Source: Parasitella parasitica NRRL 2501 (taxonomy: Eukaryota; Fungi; Mucoromycota). Taken from it: DNA of 64,000 nt. The DNA is taken from positions 107,565 to 171,564 of the forward strand of contig MU619303.1 of the NCBI GenBank assembly GCA_025201805.1, read 5' to 3'. The stretch's first letter is position 1. The number at the start of each line of letters is the position of its first letter. The position numbers and the translations under genes are program-made. Below are positions 26,295-40,292 of the stretch, piece by piece. The notes beneath the pieces were generated by a model. That model did no database searches. It was not told the DNA's origin and was given only the letters and a program-made list of their open reading frames with translations.

Positions 26295-27689
26295 TTATTT
26301 CTTGTTGTTTTCTCGTGCTACAAATAGGGGTATATGAAGAAAAAAAAAAAAAAAAAAGAAAGTGTGATTCACCACCATTTCAGCTCGTTTCTATCCATTT
26401 ACCCCACAAAACTCAGCTTATAGTGACCATGTGGTACCTCAATGCACTAGTATAGTGTCTCCAACTGATATATGTAAATTGATATTGGAATGAAGCTTTA
26501 CAAAAATGTTTATTAATAAATTAATAATTCATAAATATTGTTGTTAAGTAACAACAAATGTCCAGGTCTAAGTATTGTAAATCGTTTACTTACCTCAAGG
26601 GTTTAAGGTTTTCGATACATTTATATAGAAATAAAAAGACTGATTTCAGAGACGAACGCAGTAAATTGCCATCATTTTGTACATAGTCAATCATCCAAGT
26701 AATGAAAAATATGTCAGGTATGCCATTACACTGTATTAACTGCAATGAATCTAGATTTAAGATACAGGAAAAGTAAAAGTTTAATGAAAACCAAGTGGGT
26801 TTCCAACTACTGAACTTTAATCCCACATTAAAGCCGTTAGAAACATTCTATAATGTAAAGAAACTAATTATTTACAAGGCAAGTCTTGCGTGCTTTTACA
26901 TATAGGAAAAATAAAAGGTTTGGACCGAGATAAGTGATTTCGATAAAAAGTATTTGAATAGTCATTTTAATCTATATAGTTTAACGAAGAAGAGAAAATC
27001 AGCATCGTTTTTAATTTATAATAAGCTCGATGCAAATGACATTTGCTCCATCCGATTACATTGACATCCACCAAAAACTTTGAAATTAAACCTGGATTTA
27101 TATAATATCTAAATAAAAATAAGGAACCACGATGATTTTTGTGTTTACTTTTAGGATACTGGTTCAATTGTTTAGTAACATTAAATCTGATATATTTATT
27201 ATAAACAATTTTTTCAAAATAATCAAAAATAAGGGTGATGCGGTATACCCTGTTTTATACAAATAAAGGCTAAATATGCCATACGTGTAAAATAGTTATA
27301 CTTGCACTAACTATATTATTCATTGCTGGTAACTCTTTACAAGAAACAAGTTACAAGTAATAATTGAGCCTCTTGTAAATTTCTAGGCTGTTCAAAGATT
27401 ACATCAAGATCAGATCGCAGTATTTAGGTGAGACATACTGTCCACATCTACTCTTGACAGTAAAATATAAGAATAGATCTGTTCTGAGATATAATGTAGT
27501 TTAATGATGTTTGGCACTTTATCTTGTTGAACATCAGATGAAATGTGAATAAACATTTGATTAAGACATATCTCACGTCAATAAAAGTCTTTATTTTTGT
27601 GTCTGGTTCTGATATTCAAAGAAGGCCTTTTTTCACTTTTAAATACCATTTACACGACAATTTATTATGTCCTTCACACTGGTACGACA

Positions 27690-28813
27690 GAGTTGACTTG
27701 GACTACCTGGCAATAACATTGGCTTCCGTGTTTTCACTGATATCTATAAAGTTATCACATAATATCACAAATTTATATATCAGAATTGCAAGTAATCGCT
27801 GATAGGCTACTATAAAGAGCAACATAAACACTGTCTTATGCCCCATAAAACCTGGCATGATCATTGCTATCTGAGCATAACTTGATTTCCACTGGGCAAT
27901 GTCTCTATCAAACGTTTCTCAGTTTTCTGGATCGGGTTTAAAATTAAATCACGTGTTTTTTGTATTCGTGTGTGAAGGCATTGTTGGAATAATACCAGAA
28001 ACTGTAATGGGTAATTTAACATTGCTGGATATCATCGATTTTGAGTGCAGTAGGAATTCATCTGAGAATTTAAATACCGTATGATTAGATACTTTATTAT
28101 GCTTGTGATGATTAAGAAACTTACATTTGAACCCGAAGCTAGAAAGTCTGCTAAGACCAGCTTAGAGACGACGAGATATGAAGATGGTCTATGAATAGAA
28201 AGACTCTGATGGTAGATTTTACAAAAACTGTTGCTCTATCGACAAAGCTGGATTACATATAAATTTGAGAAATCTTTGGGCTAGAACAGATACTGGAAAA
28301 CGCCCGTTATAGTGAAGGCAACTAAAATAAAGACTCCTTCTAATGTAATTATTAGAGCTATACATGCATCTAGTGTTATTCGTGTAGTGGTAAAGAAACC
28401 ACCCCAAAAAAAATTAGTTGAGTGAAAAAGGCATCCACACAAGCAAGAAATGAAAAGTAGCAAAGGGCAAAAAACATACTATAAATTAGTTTATTATAGA
28501 AAAACCAGCTGCAGAGTACCTTGATAATAACACCGAGAGCAATGCGCAAGATAGTTTAGAATTGAAATCAAAAGGTACAACAACTGCCTACTCTATCAAG
28601 TCTATGAATATCATGAGAATCAATAAAGATCTAAAAAAGAGTTTTTTTCGTAATGTATTCAAAAATCATACGTCCTGGCTGTAAGCTGATGTATCTGCCT
28701 CGATATTCCCCTAAATTAAACCTACTTGAATAGTTTTGACAATCTGAAAAGGAACACAAACTATTGACTAAAGAAAACATGTTTGGTAGAATTGTTATGG
28801 CATGTAGTGCCAT
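27690..28813 (-). pseudogene. Possible decayed membrane-protein gene
   Basis: Hydrophobic reading-frame fragments separated by GT..AG-like gaps, with in-frame stops (e.g. SLLILMIFIDLIE*AVVVPF); family not recognised. Confidence 0.3.
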
Positions 28814-29006
28814 ACCTGCTAAATTTATATGCTACTTTTCTCAGAGTGATGACAAAACATGCTGTTCTCACTTTTATATAAAGATCAATAAACTTTTCAT
28901 AGCTTCTTCTCATTGAAAATAAGACACTAAAGTACGAGCTGTATTCATAAACATCTTTTTTTATTATTTACAACATTCAAAAATGTTGTGTCTATCAGAG
29001 GAATAG

Positions 29007-31251
29007 TTACAATTTGGCTTCAGATTCGATTTCGGTATTCATTAAATCTCTCAAATCGTTAGCAGCATCCTCAAGACACTGCTTGAAATGGTGAGTACCA
29101 TTGATATATTTAGTGCCATGAACTTCAAGGTCCTTGACACTAGCGACGTTGAATTGAAGAGCGTTGCCCTTGATCATGTAAGCACAACCGAAACCGTCAT
29201 TAACAACTTGACCCCAACCGTATCCATCGAAATGCTCAGAGGATAATTGAGAGGTTGAAAGATACCAGTGGGAAGAGTAGGCATTGACGGGTTGAGTAAA
29301 AAGCTCAGGCTTGTCTTCGCCTGGTTGAATGCAGTTCTTTAAACCAAAGAGATGACGATCAACGCCATGACCATTGACGGCATCAGCCATGTAGGCACCC
29401 TGTGTTTTGAGAGCAGCGCGGAAAGCAGCAATCTTGGATTGGTTGTCTAGACGAGGATCCTCCATTGCCTTTACAAATGCAACTGATTCTGTGGTGACGG
29501 AACGAGCAGTTTCGGTACGACCACGTTGAAACTTTCGGGTCTGGGCGGATTCATAGGTGGGGCGGGATGTGCCAAACATCTTGTAGTAGGCGAGTTGGAT
29601 GACCATTTGAGTGAAACCATCAGGAGAGCACTTGAACTTTTTGATCAAGTTCTTGCCATAGGATTGGTATGACAAGACAGTGAGATCGTGCTTGTTAATG
29701 AGCTCATCAAAATTGGATTCGGCAGATTGAATATCCTTGGAGATGGCATCATTCACGTGGAACTTAAGTTCTTGAGGGTTGGGGAGATCAGAACGAACCT
29801 CGACACCACCATGATTAATCTTATCTCTGTTTAAACTGAAATGGACAAAACTGTGAGAATTTCGGCTGAGATTTGCGTTTATATAATTTATGCTTACCCA
29901 TCACATACGTATTCATTCAAACGGCAAGTAGCTGTGCCATCCATACAAGAGTGCTAAATGAAATGCGGATGAGTAAAAAATTCACTGTCGCTAGTTAACC
30001 AACTAACCTCGCCCATAAAGCCTGCTTTGCCGTTCTCATATACAATGAATTGCAAAGGCTTATCAAAGAAACGATTGCGGCCGTCACCATGCCAGCATGC
30101 ACGAGACCCTTCGTCTCTAGTAACAGGCTTCTGATCGTCAAGACAAATGACAAAGTCGGATGATTCTACCTTTTCCAAATAAGCAGCATTTTCCGAATTG
30201 GCGGCAACCAAACGTTCTCTGTACTATGTAGAATTGTTTTAACTTTTATGTTCCCATGAACCCCCCCCCCCATTTGTGGGAGCCACTCAATTTACCTCTG
30301 TCCACTTATCGCGGTTGTCCGAAGTCAATACACCAATAGGAAGGCCCTTTGAAGACCCTGCTTGATCAATGATTCGTTGAAATTGATGTTGAAGCTCAGT
30401 GGTGGATAGTTGCTTGCCATTATGAATAGTATCGACAATGTAAAATTTGTTTTTGCGAAGTACTACCACGTGGTTATTCTTGACAGGGTCAAAAATGGCC
30501 TCATAATCAGAGGGCTTCTTGGGCATACGACAGTTGTTAAACATGTATTTGTATGAGTCCATGCACATGGGCTCTCCCTTGGCCATTTCAATAGAAAGGG
30601 TTTTACTACAAAAGGAAGTTTCATTAGACACATTTGCGCTGCATGTCGTGCTGCTTTTATAATCACTTACTCGACAACCTGCTTTTTGAATTCAAGGGCT
30701 GCGGTTGTAATGGCAGCAGCACGTTGAGCAGGAGATTTGCGCAACTTGTCGTCCTTGTACAAGAAGAAATAGCTGACATAAATGACGACTGGATCCCGAT
30801 AACCCATATAAGCTTGGTCCAACCACCAATCTTCCATCCAGTTGACAATCTTAGGGTCATTGAAACGAGCTGTTAGGCGTTCCTGCAACTTCTGACCAAG
30901 ACCACCAGGCGCTTCGAAATCTTTGACGGCTTGCTCGGTCTTTGTGTATTCGGCATCGTTTAAAAGAGGGCGAACAGATTGAAGGTACTTTTGCAACGTG
31001 GCTCCCAAAGCAGGAACAGGCAATTTCGGTAGGTTATTTTGATACTTGAGCATGGGGCCAGCAGCTTTAGGATCGACAGGCGTCTTGGGTGCAGGCTTGG
31101 TAGACGATGCCATGGCACGGCGGGGAAGGGCATTTCTCTATTGATAAAATGCTTCGTTATGCTTTTGTTTTCTCGGGAAATCTATCAATGAACTTACGGC
31201 AGTTAATGTAAAGCGAGGAGATGCTCGAGCAGCATTCTTGAGGAAAGACAT
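29007..31251 (-). CDS. CAT2: Carnitine O-acetyltransferase with mitochondrial presequence and peroxisomal PTS1 (AKL), multi-exon
   Basis: LPKLPVP, NWMEDWW, NRFFDKPLQF, EHSCMDG, SPDGFTQMVIQLAYY, TYESAQTRKF..GRTE, GVDRHL, LSTSQ; exon 1 (31251-31198) MSFLKNAARASPRFTLTA; C-terminus EAKL*. Confidence 0.95.
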
Positions 31252-31421
31252 TTTTGTATAATCTAAACACGAGTTAAACAAGAACAAAAGGGAGAAGAAG
31301 ATGCAACTGAAAATTTAGCATCTAAATTTAAGGGAAAAAATACAGACTGGAACTTTAAAGTTTGCTGGACAATAGATCTGTGTCAGCAGAATTGCAAGTC
31401 TAGCGTGTTACACGAGGCAGA

Positions 31422-31427
31422 CCCCAC
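31422..31427 (-). promoter_or_regulatory. Possible CreA/Mig1 box upstream of CAT2
   Basis: GTGGGG on minus strand fits SYGGRG, ~170 bp upstream of ATG. Confidence 0.3.
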
Positions 31428-31571
31428 ACACTATAACACATTTGTGCAACTTTCCTTGACTGGGTGAACTCTTAAACATTATGGTAAATTTTCTCTTTAT
31501 TAAAATTACACTTAAATGTTGCCCAAAACAATTTTATCTACCTGTACACCCATCATTTTCTCTTTTTTTAT

Positions 31572-32690
31572 TTAAAATGCCATATTCATTGCTCTCATTG
31601 AGTACTCAACGCCCAAGAATGTGGCAGCATTGGCAGGGAAAGCTCTCAACATAGCAGGGCCAAGACCCTTGAACAAGGCAGCAGGGCCGTCAGTCTTAAT
31701 TGTCTTTTTAAGACAATCGCCTAAACCACTATATGTACCAGCAGGAGCAGATTGCAAACGAGATTTAAGCACATCGGGAGGAATAGCGATGGTCCACATA
31801 GCAACGCCAGCCATACCTAGTTCAATAATCAATATTTCAGCCTATTTTAGCTTTAGAATGGCAAAACTTACCGCCAGCAAACAAGACAGCACCGAAGCTC
31901 AGATCTTCAGGGCGGGCGCCTTCAGGAGTAAGACCCTTCTTGATTAATTCGTAGGCAACAAAGTAGGCAGCAGAACCGGGTGAATCACGCAACAATGTAG
32001 CACCAGTGCCTCTCCAGATGGAGCGAACACCACCTTCCTTGTACAATTGACGAACAACATCCAAAGGTCCCTTGTACTTTTGCTCACCGCCTTGACCTTG
32101 GATTTGCATCAAGACCTTGACACGCTCGGAGGGTGCCATGAATAAAGTGGTAGGAATAGCAGAAAAGGCACCAGCAAAGGTAATCTCGGCCAAACTGAGT
32201 TGTTTGCTGGTATTTTCTTTATCAGTTCTTAATCCATACACAATCTTCTTGCCTAAATCGTAAGACTATACTCATTGAGATTCAGTATTCTGCTGCCCCT
32301 TTCTTGATCGATATCTATACGTACCCAGAAACTAACTGCGAAAATCGGTGTGATGCTGGCTAATGGGGTAGCCATGCCACGATATAACCCGAAAATGCCA
32401 TCTTTCTTTACAATTTGCTTGAAACAATCAGCAGTGCTCTTGTAAACGCCTTCGCTGGTCTGAAGACGGACCTTGACCAAATCAAAAGGTTGGCTAGTAT
32501 GGAATCATTAACTTTGCCTCCTCTTTTTTNNNNNNNNNNNNNNNNNNNNNNNNNNNNNNNNNNNNNNNNNNNNNCCAACCAGGACAGATGCCATACCACC
32601 GAAACCACCAGAAAGGAAGGACTTGACAGATGAGATGGTATCGTTCTTCACCTCAATTGTAACGGGCTCAATTTGTTCAGCAGTAGCCAT
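31572..32690 (-). CDS. CRC1: Mitochondrial carnitine/acylcarnitine carrier (SLC25A20-like), 4 exons; N gap lies in intron 1
   Basis: KSFLSGGFGG, carrier signatures PFDLVKVRLQ / PSERVKVLMQ / PPDVLKSRLQ, RDSPGSAAYF, RAFPANAATF. Confidence 0.93.
32530..32574. other. Assembly gap (also 39510-39519, 44056-44065, 61323-61392)
   Basis: N runs, three of the four next to homopolymers. Confidence 1.
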
Positions 32691-32802
32691 TTTTTTATGT
32701 GTAAAATAACGAAGTTGAAAAAGATGGAAAAGAGAGATAAAAAGGAAACTCGTGTTATTTAAGGCCTCTTTCTCTTTCTTAGGTATATGTATACACGACC
32801 TT

Positions 32803-32814
32803 AAATTTGCGGGG
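32803..32814 (+). promoter_or_regulatory. CreA/Mig1-like GC box upstream of CRC1
   Basis: AAATTTGCGGGG matches WWWWWNSYGGGG, ~115 bp upstream of the CRC1 ATG. Confidence 0.4.
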
Positions 32815-34245
32815 TAATTTCCGGTTGTTCAATTGGATCTTTTGTGTGCAAGATGATGTTTACAATTCATATGAAGATAGCTGGGTTGCATATATCCCAC
32901 TGTCATCACAATTCATTGGGTGGCTTGCTTTGTTCTTATTTTCCCATCACTCTGTAACTGATAAGAAAAGCGGCTATTTAGTCATCTCGTTTTGGATAAG
33001 ATGTAGCGAGCGCTAAATTGGTTTGTTTCTTCACTGTAATCTCTTGCCCTTGCATGACGATTATACCATTGCACGCATAAGTAAGCGATTCTGAATAATT
33101 TATCCATTTCCATTAAGTATCCAGTGTTGCTTTTTCAAGATTCAATAGACCAACTGAATCTATCAGCTTTATGAGGATTATCGACTAAATTAGCAGCATG
33201 TGGCTATTGGGATCCATCTCAAACGACACATAGTCTCCAATTTGTAGTAATAAACACTATGCCTATAGGGATTTCGGGCGTCATTTGATAACAATGGAGC
33301 AGTGAATGGCATTACAATGCCAAAACAGTTGATTAGGTACAAAGTTTTTATGTCAATGAATCTTCAAGTTATTTTTTTTTCTAGCAAGTTGCAATTACAG
33401 GTGGCTTTGGTAATTGTATTAATTGAAGTATCTATCTACTACTACATAAGTGCTGTATTAGCTCATCTATTTGATATTCGTTCCTGCTTTGAATGTATAG
33501 CAGATTATGAACAACTGCGTTGCTAAATTCAGGGGTACAGCGGAACTACAGTGCTAATCATTATGAAACACGCTTTTCAAAGTGAAGCTGCATTAATCAA
33601 TATAAAATCATAAACTTCAAGTCTACCGTAAATCGTTAGGTTTGAAAGCTCAATTGCGAGAGAAATATACGTGCGCAAAGGCAATTTTCATACAAAGTTG
33701 AAGCATTAATTTACCAAATACTAGTTAAAAAGCAAATTCTTTGAACATTTACACTGTTTTACTGATCAAGTCTATGCATAGCTCTTGTGGACTACACCTT
33801 TGTCACACATCAGCGCCAGTATTCGCCAAAACGCGACATGGGCGTAAGCTTCAACCGTGTTGTTTGTTAACTGCAAAATTATCAGCAAATGAGATTTGTG
33901 TATTTGGCAGTAGTTCATGCAAGTACTGTTACTTGACATATTTGATTGCTGAAAACTGCTGGAAAGCAAGACACTTCTAATAAATTTGTACATTGTATGA
34001 AATATCATGTATATTAATCGACAATGCAAGTTTATAATTTGGTTGATTTGTGTATTCCTTGATTCCTCCAGAGAGCTGTAAAAGTCACATGAACACAGAT
34101 CAAGATTGGGTTTTGTTGCAGTTGTTAATTGTCATGACTGAACCAAATGCAAGTTTTGACTTTATTAGACAATTGTTGTCGCATTTTTTACCTTTCCTTT
34201 CTTTCCCTTTTTCTTTTCATACAAACAGCCAAAAATAACGCAGCT

Positions 34246-36502
34246 ATGGAAAACCGAGGTGGTAGGGTCGCAAAGTGGACTTGTGTTAGGATTATCCTGT
34301 AACGTTTACAATAGATTTCTATAACAACAACCGAAGACTGAGAGGCCAGCAGCCAACGGTTTCAAGAGCTGATATGGCCTCTTCTTGGAGATCGCAAAGA
34401 GATCAGATTTTAGATAACCCTACCAAGAAAAGACGAAATCTTGGCGACAAGCCTCATGATGGCCCTGAAAGACTCAACTGTAAGTGCAGCCCTACATGTA
34501 TATGATGGATTATGCCTTAATTATGAAAACAAGGCGTGTATAACACTACAATTCAGCGAGATAACAGAGTCTCTTTATGGTGTGGTGATGTCCAGAGACA
34601 CCATGTCAGAGCTCAACCTACTTCTGCATTTACAGTGTTCAGCGATTCGCAATCGAATCAGTCTTCACCAGCACAACAAACAGGTTTGTATCCTATATAA
34701 TGACTTGATTAGATACAAACTTAACTTTTCTATCTCGTAGTCGGTAGTAGCTTGAATGCAAGCAATCCTTCAGTTGTATTGTTATCACCTCTGCAGCAAT
34801 CCATGAACATGCCTACTTTGGTCAACTCTATACCGCCCTTGACGTTTACTTCAGCTCTTTTAAGATCCCCAGAAATGGCGCTACAGCGTCTACCTGAATC
34901 TCAGTTTGGCTTCAGTCAAATCCCTAGCTTCAATCAACCACCCAACGTATCTGAAAACTTGACTAATTGTTCTCCGCCGTTTTCGCCATGGTCTAATAAC
35001 GCTAATATGTTACAACTCCGAGATGCGAATCAGCGAACTCTGTTTAACAGTAGCATGGCAATAAGCAAGCACAATGAAGTTGCTAACAAGCCTGAAGATA
35101 TTTGCAATCTCAACGCACCAAATAAACAAGCAACACCTACATGGTCAGAGATTGCAGCCGGAGATCCTGAAGCCTATAATCGTCGTCTTAGCACTGTTCC
35201 TCACTCTGGCATTGCCAGTTCTTCCAAAGCAAAGGAAGCAATTTTTTCCAAGGTGGAGCAAGAAAGCTCGGCTTCAGGAAACATGATGGATGTTGATATG
35301 CAAGACGTCGCTTCTACATTTTCAACCGCCATGATGGCTCCTCCCATCCGTGGATCGAGGTACATCACTGATTCATTGGCTTTCATCTCTTCTGGTGTCA
35401 GTAACGATCAAAATATATCTGTCGATCGACCTTACACAGTTCTCAAGGTTAAAAACGTACATGGTCTTTAGCGCTTTCTTTTTTGTTTTTGTTTTTGTTT
35501 TTTCATTTTTAATGAAAGAAGTACTAAATTATACTTATATTCAGATATCCTGGAATGTCAGCGAATCTGACGTTTCGGATGCACTTTCTCGATACAAAGC
35601 CTTTAGATTGCCAGATGTTAAAAAGCTTCCGCAATGCATCCATGCAAGTAGTCTGGTGTCCGATAATTGTCGCTTATTGCTAACATTTTGATTTTGACTT
35701 AGATACTCATGGATGTAAAAAGTGGAAAAACTTTGAACACTGCCTATGTAGAATTGGAGATGAGCGCCTTGTCTGACAATCAGATCAATTCTGTTATCCG
35801 TACTATCAATATACCGCAAGCCCAAGGGCGTCATATTAGTATTTGTCGTAGTTCTTACGATGAACTTTGCAATGAACTATTTTCCAACTGGAGGGGACAA
35901 TTCAAAAATGGCATTGCACATCCTTATACTGACTCCAGAGACTCTTCAACTGCGCAGAAATCACAATATTACATTAGTCAAAAAGATTTGCAACGCTTAT
36001 TGAATGTCTGTCGATTCTTCAAGGTACACAAGGTTACGAAATAGTGTATTTGAAAGCTGAACGTATTCTGCTTTTTCGTTTAGACTTACTATAATCGAAA
36101 ATGTGCTGAAAGACCCTTTGAATATTTGATCACAATCATTATGAACATGCCCTGGAAACAGCCGCATGCTGTTACAACAGCTCAACGTGATATTATTTAC
36201 GAGTGCTACAAACTAGCAACCGGTAAACCCTTTCAATGTATGCATATTTGGGCAACAACGCTAAAGTAACCCACATTTATTCTATAGAGGCTCTCTTCAA
36301 GCATGTCAATCGCACATATCATTCATTTGACGATGAATTGCTACCTAGAATGGTTCGTGCAGCGATTATCTGTGATGGCTTCACTGTCAAACAAAAGAAA
36401 GTTGTACTTTCCAATGCAAAAATGGCATGTCCAAAGGATTTAGAATCTTTCGTGCAAGAGCCCGCTCTCAATGCATCAGGTTTTACTACTTTTCTTCGTT
36501 GA
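34246..36502 (+). CDS. Fungal RRM-like RNA-binding protein with long S/N/P-rich N-terminus, ~8 exons
   Basis: YTVLKVKNISWNVSESDV...CIHILMDVKSGKTLNTAYVEL (RRM-like), ERPFEYLITIIMNMPW; exons joined by GT-AG introns and one GC-AG intron (35644-35702). Confidence 0.75.
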
Positions 36503-37890
36503 GCAAAAAATATCAAGAGGGCTTTTCAATCATAATATCTAGTCCTTCAGACATATTGGTTTTTTCACAGCCTTTTCACAAAAAAAAAAAAAAGCTATCC
36601 AGTCTCTTTTTCATAGGAAAATTTATGCATTAAATAAAAATTCATATTCGTAATGGCAGTTGCTTGGTTTCTTTTTGTTCAAAAATTTAAAGAAACACCA
36701 AAATCATTACAAAAGAATGCTGTGTATTAAGCATTGTGGCATATGTATAGAAGTTTCCACCCTATAATAAAATGCCAAGATACTTTAAACAGCAGTGATC
36801 GAGTGAATTTTGAATTGAGTTTGGGCTTCAAAGTTTTACCGCATCCCCCTTGTACCAGTGGTCATCATTTACTATAATAAATACAGCAGAAGATGGAAGT
36901 GAATGATTATCAATATATAGCATTTCATACTAAAATTTATACATCACAACATTCCATATTCTTTCCTGAAAAGTACAAACTTCTAGCACTAAAGAAATGA
37001 TTGAAGTTCATCATACACAATGAAATGTGAAAATGAACTACACGATTGCTATACAAGCCAACATAAAGACCATACACCCTACGGTGTAACTAATGACAAG
37101 TTTATCGCAAGTGATTAGCATTTGAAATCTTAGACATTATAAAGGCAGCAATTGTTAATTAATTAATTAATCAGTAATGGGAACAGTTTGAAGAGAAAGT
37201 TGGCAAAATTACGATGCGTTTTAAAAGTGATAAGCAAATGATTTGGAATACGCTCCTCGTTCCATGTGGTGAACAATAAATAGTTAGTTCAGAAACAGAT
37301 GGAACACGAGCTCTTTTATTTTATTCTCACAGGCAGTAATCAAAGTTAATGATCAAGATATTTGTGTTTCATGCGAAATGGAGCATCTTAATTATTGGTA
37401 ACATAATGCAAGCACAAGATCGTTGACATCATAAAATAGGGGAACATCTAATGTATGCATGGCTGTGAATAATGCGTATATTTATTGACATATGTGAACA
37501 TATTGTGTGGGATCTTTTTCAAACATAAAAATAAGTACACAGAGCATTAGTCTGAAGAGAAGAGAAGAATATCAATAACGATTACATGTCTGTGTCCTCC
37601 TAAATTTACCATGCACCAACAGACGTACATAGTAATTTTACCAAAATAGGACTTGGACGCATCAACATACATACAAAACAAGTTATATGTTTTTCCTGCG
37701 GATGTAAATCATCGTTTGAAAAAAAAAAGGATCGTTGAAATAAAGAGATACGGGAAAGAGAATGTACATAAAAGAGAAATTATTGAGAAAAGAAAGAATG
37801 TATATGTATATATGTATAATAATGTATGTATAAAATGAATAAATAAATTGGTATTTGGGAGAGAGGGAGGTATCCATAGTTACAGATGTA

Positions 37891-38892
37891 TTATTTAGTG
37901 GATAAACCAGCCAGTTGTATCTCCAATTCATATATACGCTGCTTGTGATTGGTTACTTCTTGTTGCAAGATACGAATGTGATCGACTGATTTTCGCAAGA
38001 TGGCACCTTTATTAGGTTTATTGTTATTGTTACCATTCAAGCCAGTCAATTCGTCAAGCATCACTTTGGGTAACATGGTACCTAACTCTTGAATCCTTTC
38101 GTTGATATTTTCTCGTCTACGGCGTTCAACTATTTTATGTGAGATAATGGGTTAGTTTTTAATTCGTTGATTTGGAATACATATGCAACATACCTGCATT
38201 GTGAGACTCTCTTCTACGTCGTTTCTTTTCAGAAAGGCGTTGCTGACTATATAAATGTAATGATCAGCGACCAAAAAGTAAAATGAATACAAAATATCTT
38301 ACTTGATTTGAACTGATTCGTATTCTTCAAAACTACGAGAGCCTGTAGCACTTAAACTGTTAGCATCCATAGGCTGATGGTGGAAAGCTGCTAATCCGCT
38401 CATGTAACCCATGAAGCTATAACCTGCATTGGCAGGTGCTGAGAACGGTTGATGCTGATCAAAAGACAAAGACTGTCTATTTGTGTTGGGGATAATAGGA
38501 GAGCCCATGCTGATACTATTGTGTCTTGGATGATTATATAGGTAAGAAGATGGCAACGAGTTATTTGAGAATATATCCAAAGAAGATGAGTAATCAGAGG
38601 GCGAGTCTTCTTCTGTATTTTCAGGTTGATTGAAAAAACCTAGATTCTGTTGGTTACGATATTGATCAGGAACATTCAAGCCAGTCGACAATGACTCCAT
38701 ATCATCAAAATCAGGCAGAGGTGGTGAATTCGACAATGGGGATAAAAAAGGCTGGGTAAAACAGTCTGAGAAGTCATCCATGAACATGCCCGATTCCGTA
38801 TGTTGAGAAGCCAATAAATGGTATTCCGTTGGGTTTTTCAACTTGAAAGGTGATGTGCTATCTGTCATATTGGGTTGAATATTATTTTGCAT
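37891..38892 (-). CDS. bHLH-zipper transcription factor (Rtg3/MiT-TFE-like), 3 exons
   Basis: KRRRRESHNAVERRRRENINERIQELGTMLP...KPNKGAILRKSVDHIR followed by heptad zipper. Confidence 0.9.
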
Positions 38893-40292
38893 TTAATAAG
38901 AAAGTTTGTGAAGAAAAAGAAAATGAAGGTTAAATATAAAGGTAAAACGCTCATGTATTTATACCTTTTTCTGTGCAATTCCTGGAAAAGTAATCTCCAA
39001 AAAAGCGGGAATTCGAGCCAATCAAGCCATTGGAAAATGGAATCAGAAGAAAAACGAACATATGATGAATCAAATGAACTTCGAACGCGGGTCAGAGTAC
39101 CTCTTTTTCCCTCTTTTTTTTCTCTTTCAACGTGAGTAATAATTTGAATGTTAATATTTAGTTGTGTGCTAATTCTGTTTCTGCTTGTCTCTCCCTTCTA
39201 TTCTTTTTTTAAAAAATCACAATCAATATATTTTGTCGTGATGGTGGTCTGTGCATTGTCGTCTGTGATCGAATTTTTCAGATCTTACTATAATATGACC
39301 ATACGACAGGTATGGTAGCATGTTCAATACATTCTGTATATGTACGATATACATACATAAATATACAAGATATATCACAAAATGTTATTGGTTAGTCTCA
39401 TATTGTAATGTTATATTTTTACTCCTTGTTTAAATATACTATTTTTGCCATTTTGATCCGAGATGACGACGCAGCGAGATTTGGCAATAACATAATACCA
39501 AATCAGATGNNNNNNNNNNAAAAAAAAAAAAAAAAAAAACCGCCCTCCCCATTGCTATGCACAACTCCTAAGTGTGTAGTAGATATGAAATGCAGAGAAG
39601 CGCACCATCGTAATAAAGCAAGCAAGCTAAAATTCAAATTTCTTTATTAAATTTAGAAGTATTGATTTGTTGTTGGGGAAAAGGTACAGGTACTACATGC
39701 ACACAGAAAAGCCGCTTTAAAATAAATCAAAAATAGTTGCATTGATTACAACGTATCATCGTACTTGTTTCCAATGCATTTAAAATGGCATATCGAAATA
39801 ATTCTTGAGTCCTTATCAGTTATAGAAATGAAAAGCAGATGATATCCATGTCAATAATGCGTATGAGCAGAATATTACCGCAATCTAAGCAATTTTCAGA
39901 TTTTCTCGATACGATTTTATCAGGCCATGTATTATAGCTTTTTTGTTTTTAAGCTTTGACGCGGCAACATGGTACTTATCCTGAATGCATAGTTGAATTC
40001 GGGGCATACCGTAAGTAAAATATACACAAATTCAGTCGATACTTCAAAACTTGATCGTTCCTATTAAGATAGGTCTAAAACGATTGATTGATTCAGCTAT
40101 ACTTCACACCTTCTCGAAACTTGGTAAAGTAATTTCTATCAAACTTTGTAATGGGTTATTGCGCAATTGAAATAAACAGGTTTGAATTCAAACATTGGGG
40201 CTGCAGGTGATTATGTGAATCTATAATCAGAATTCATTTATTTACGTAATGGAAACAAAAACAAAACAAAAACAAAACAAAAAGGTCCACGT

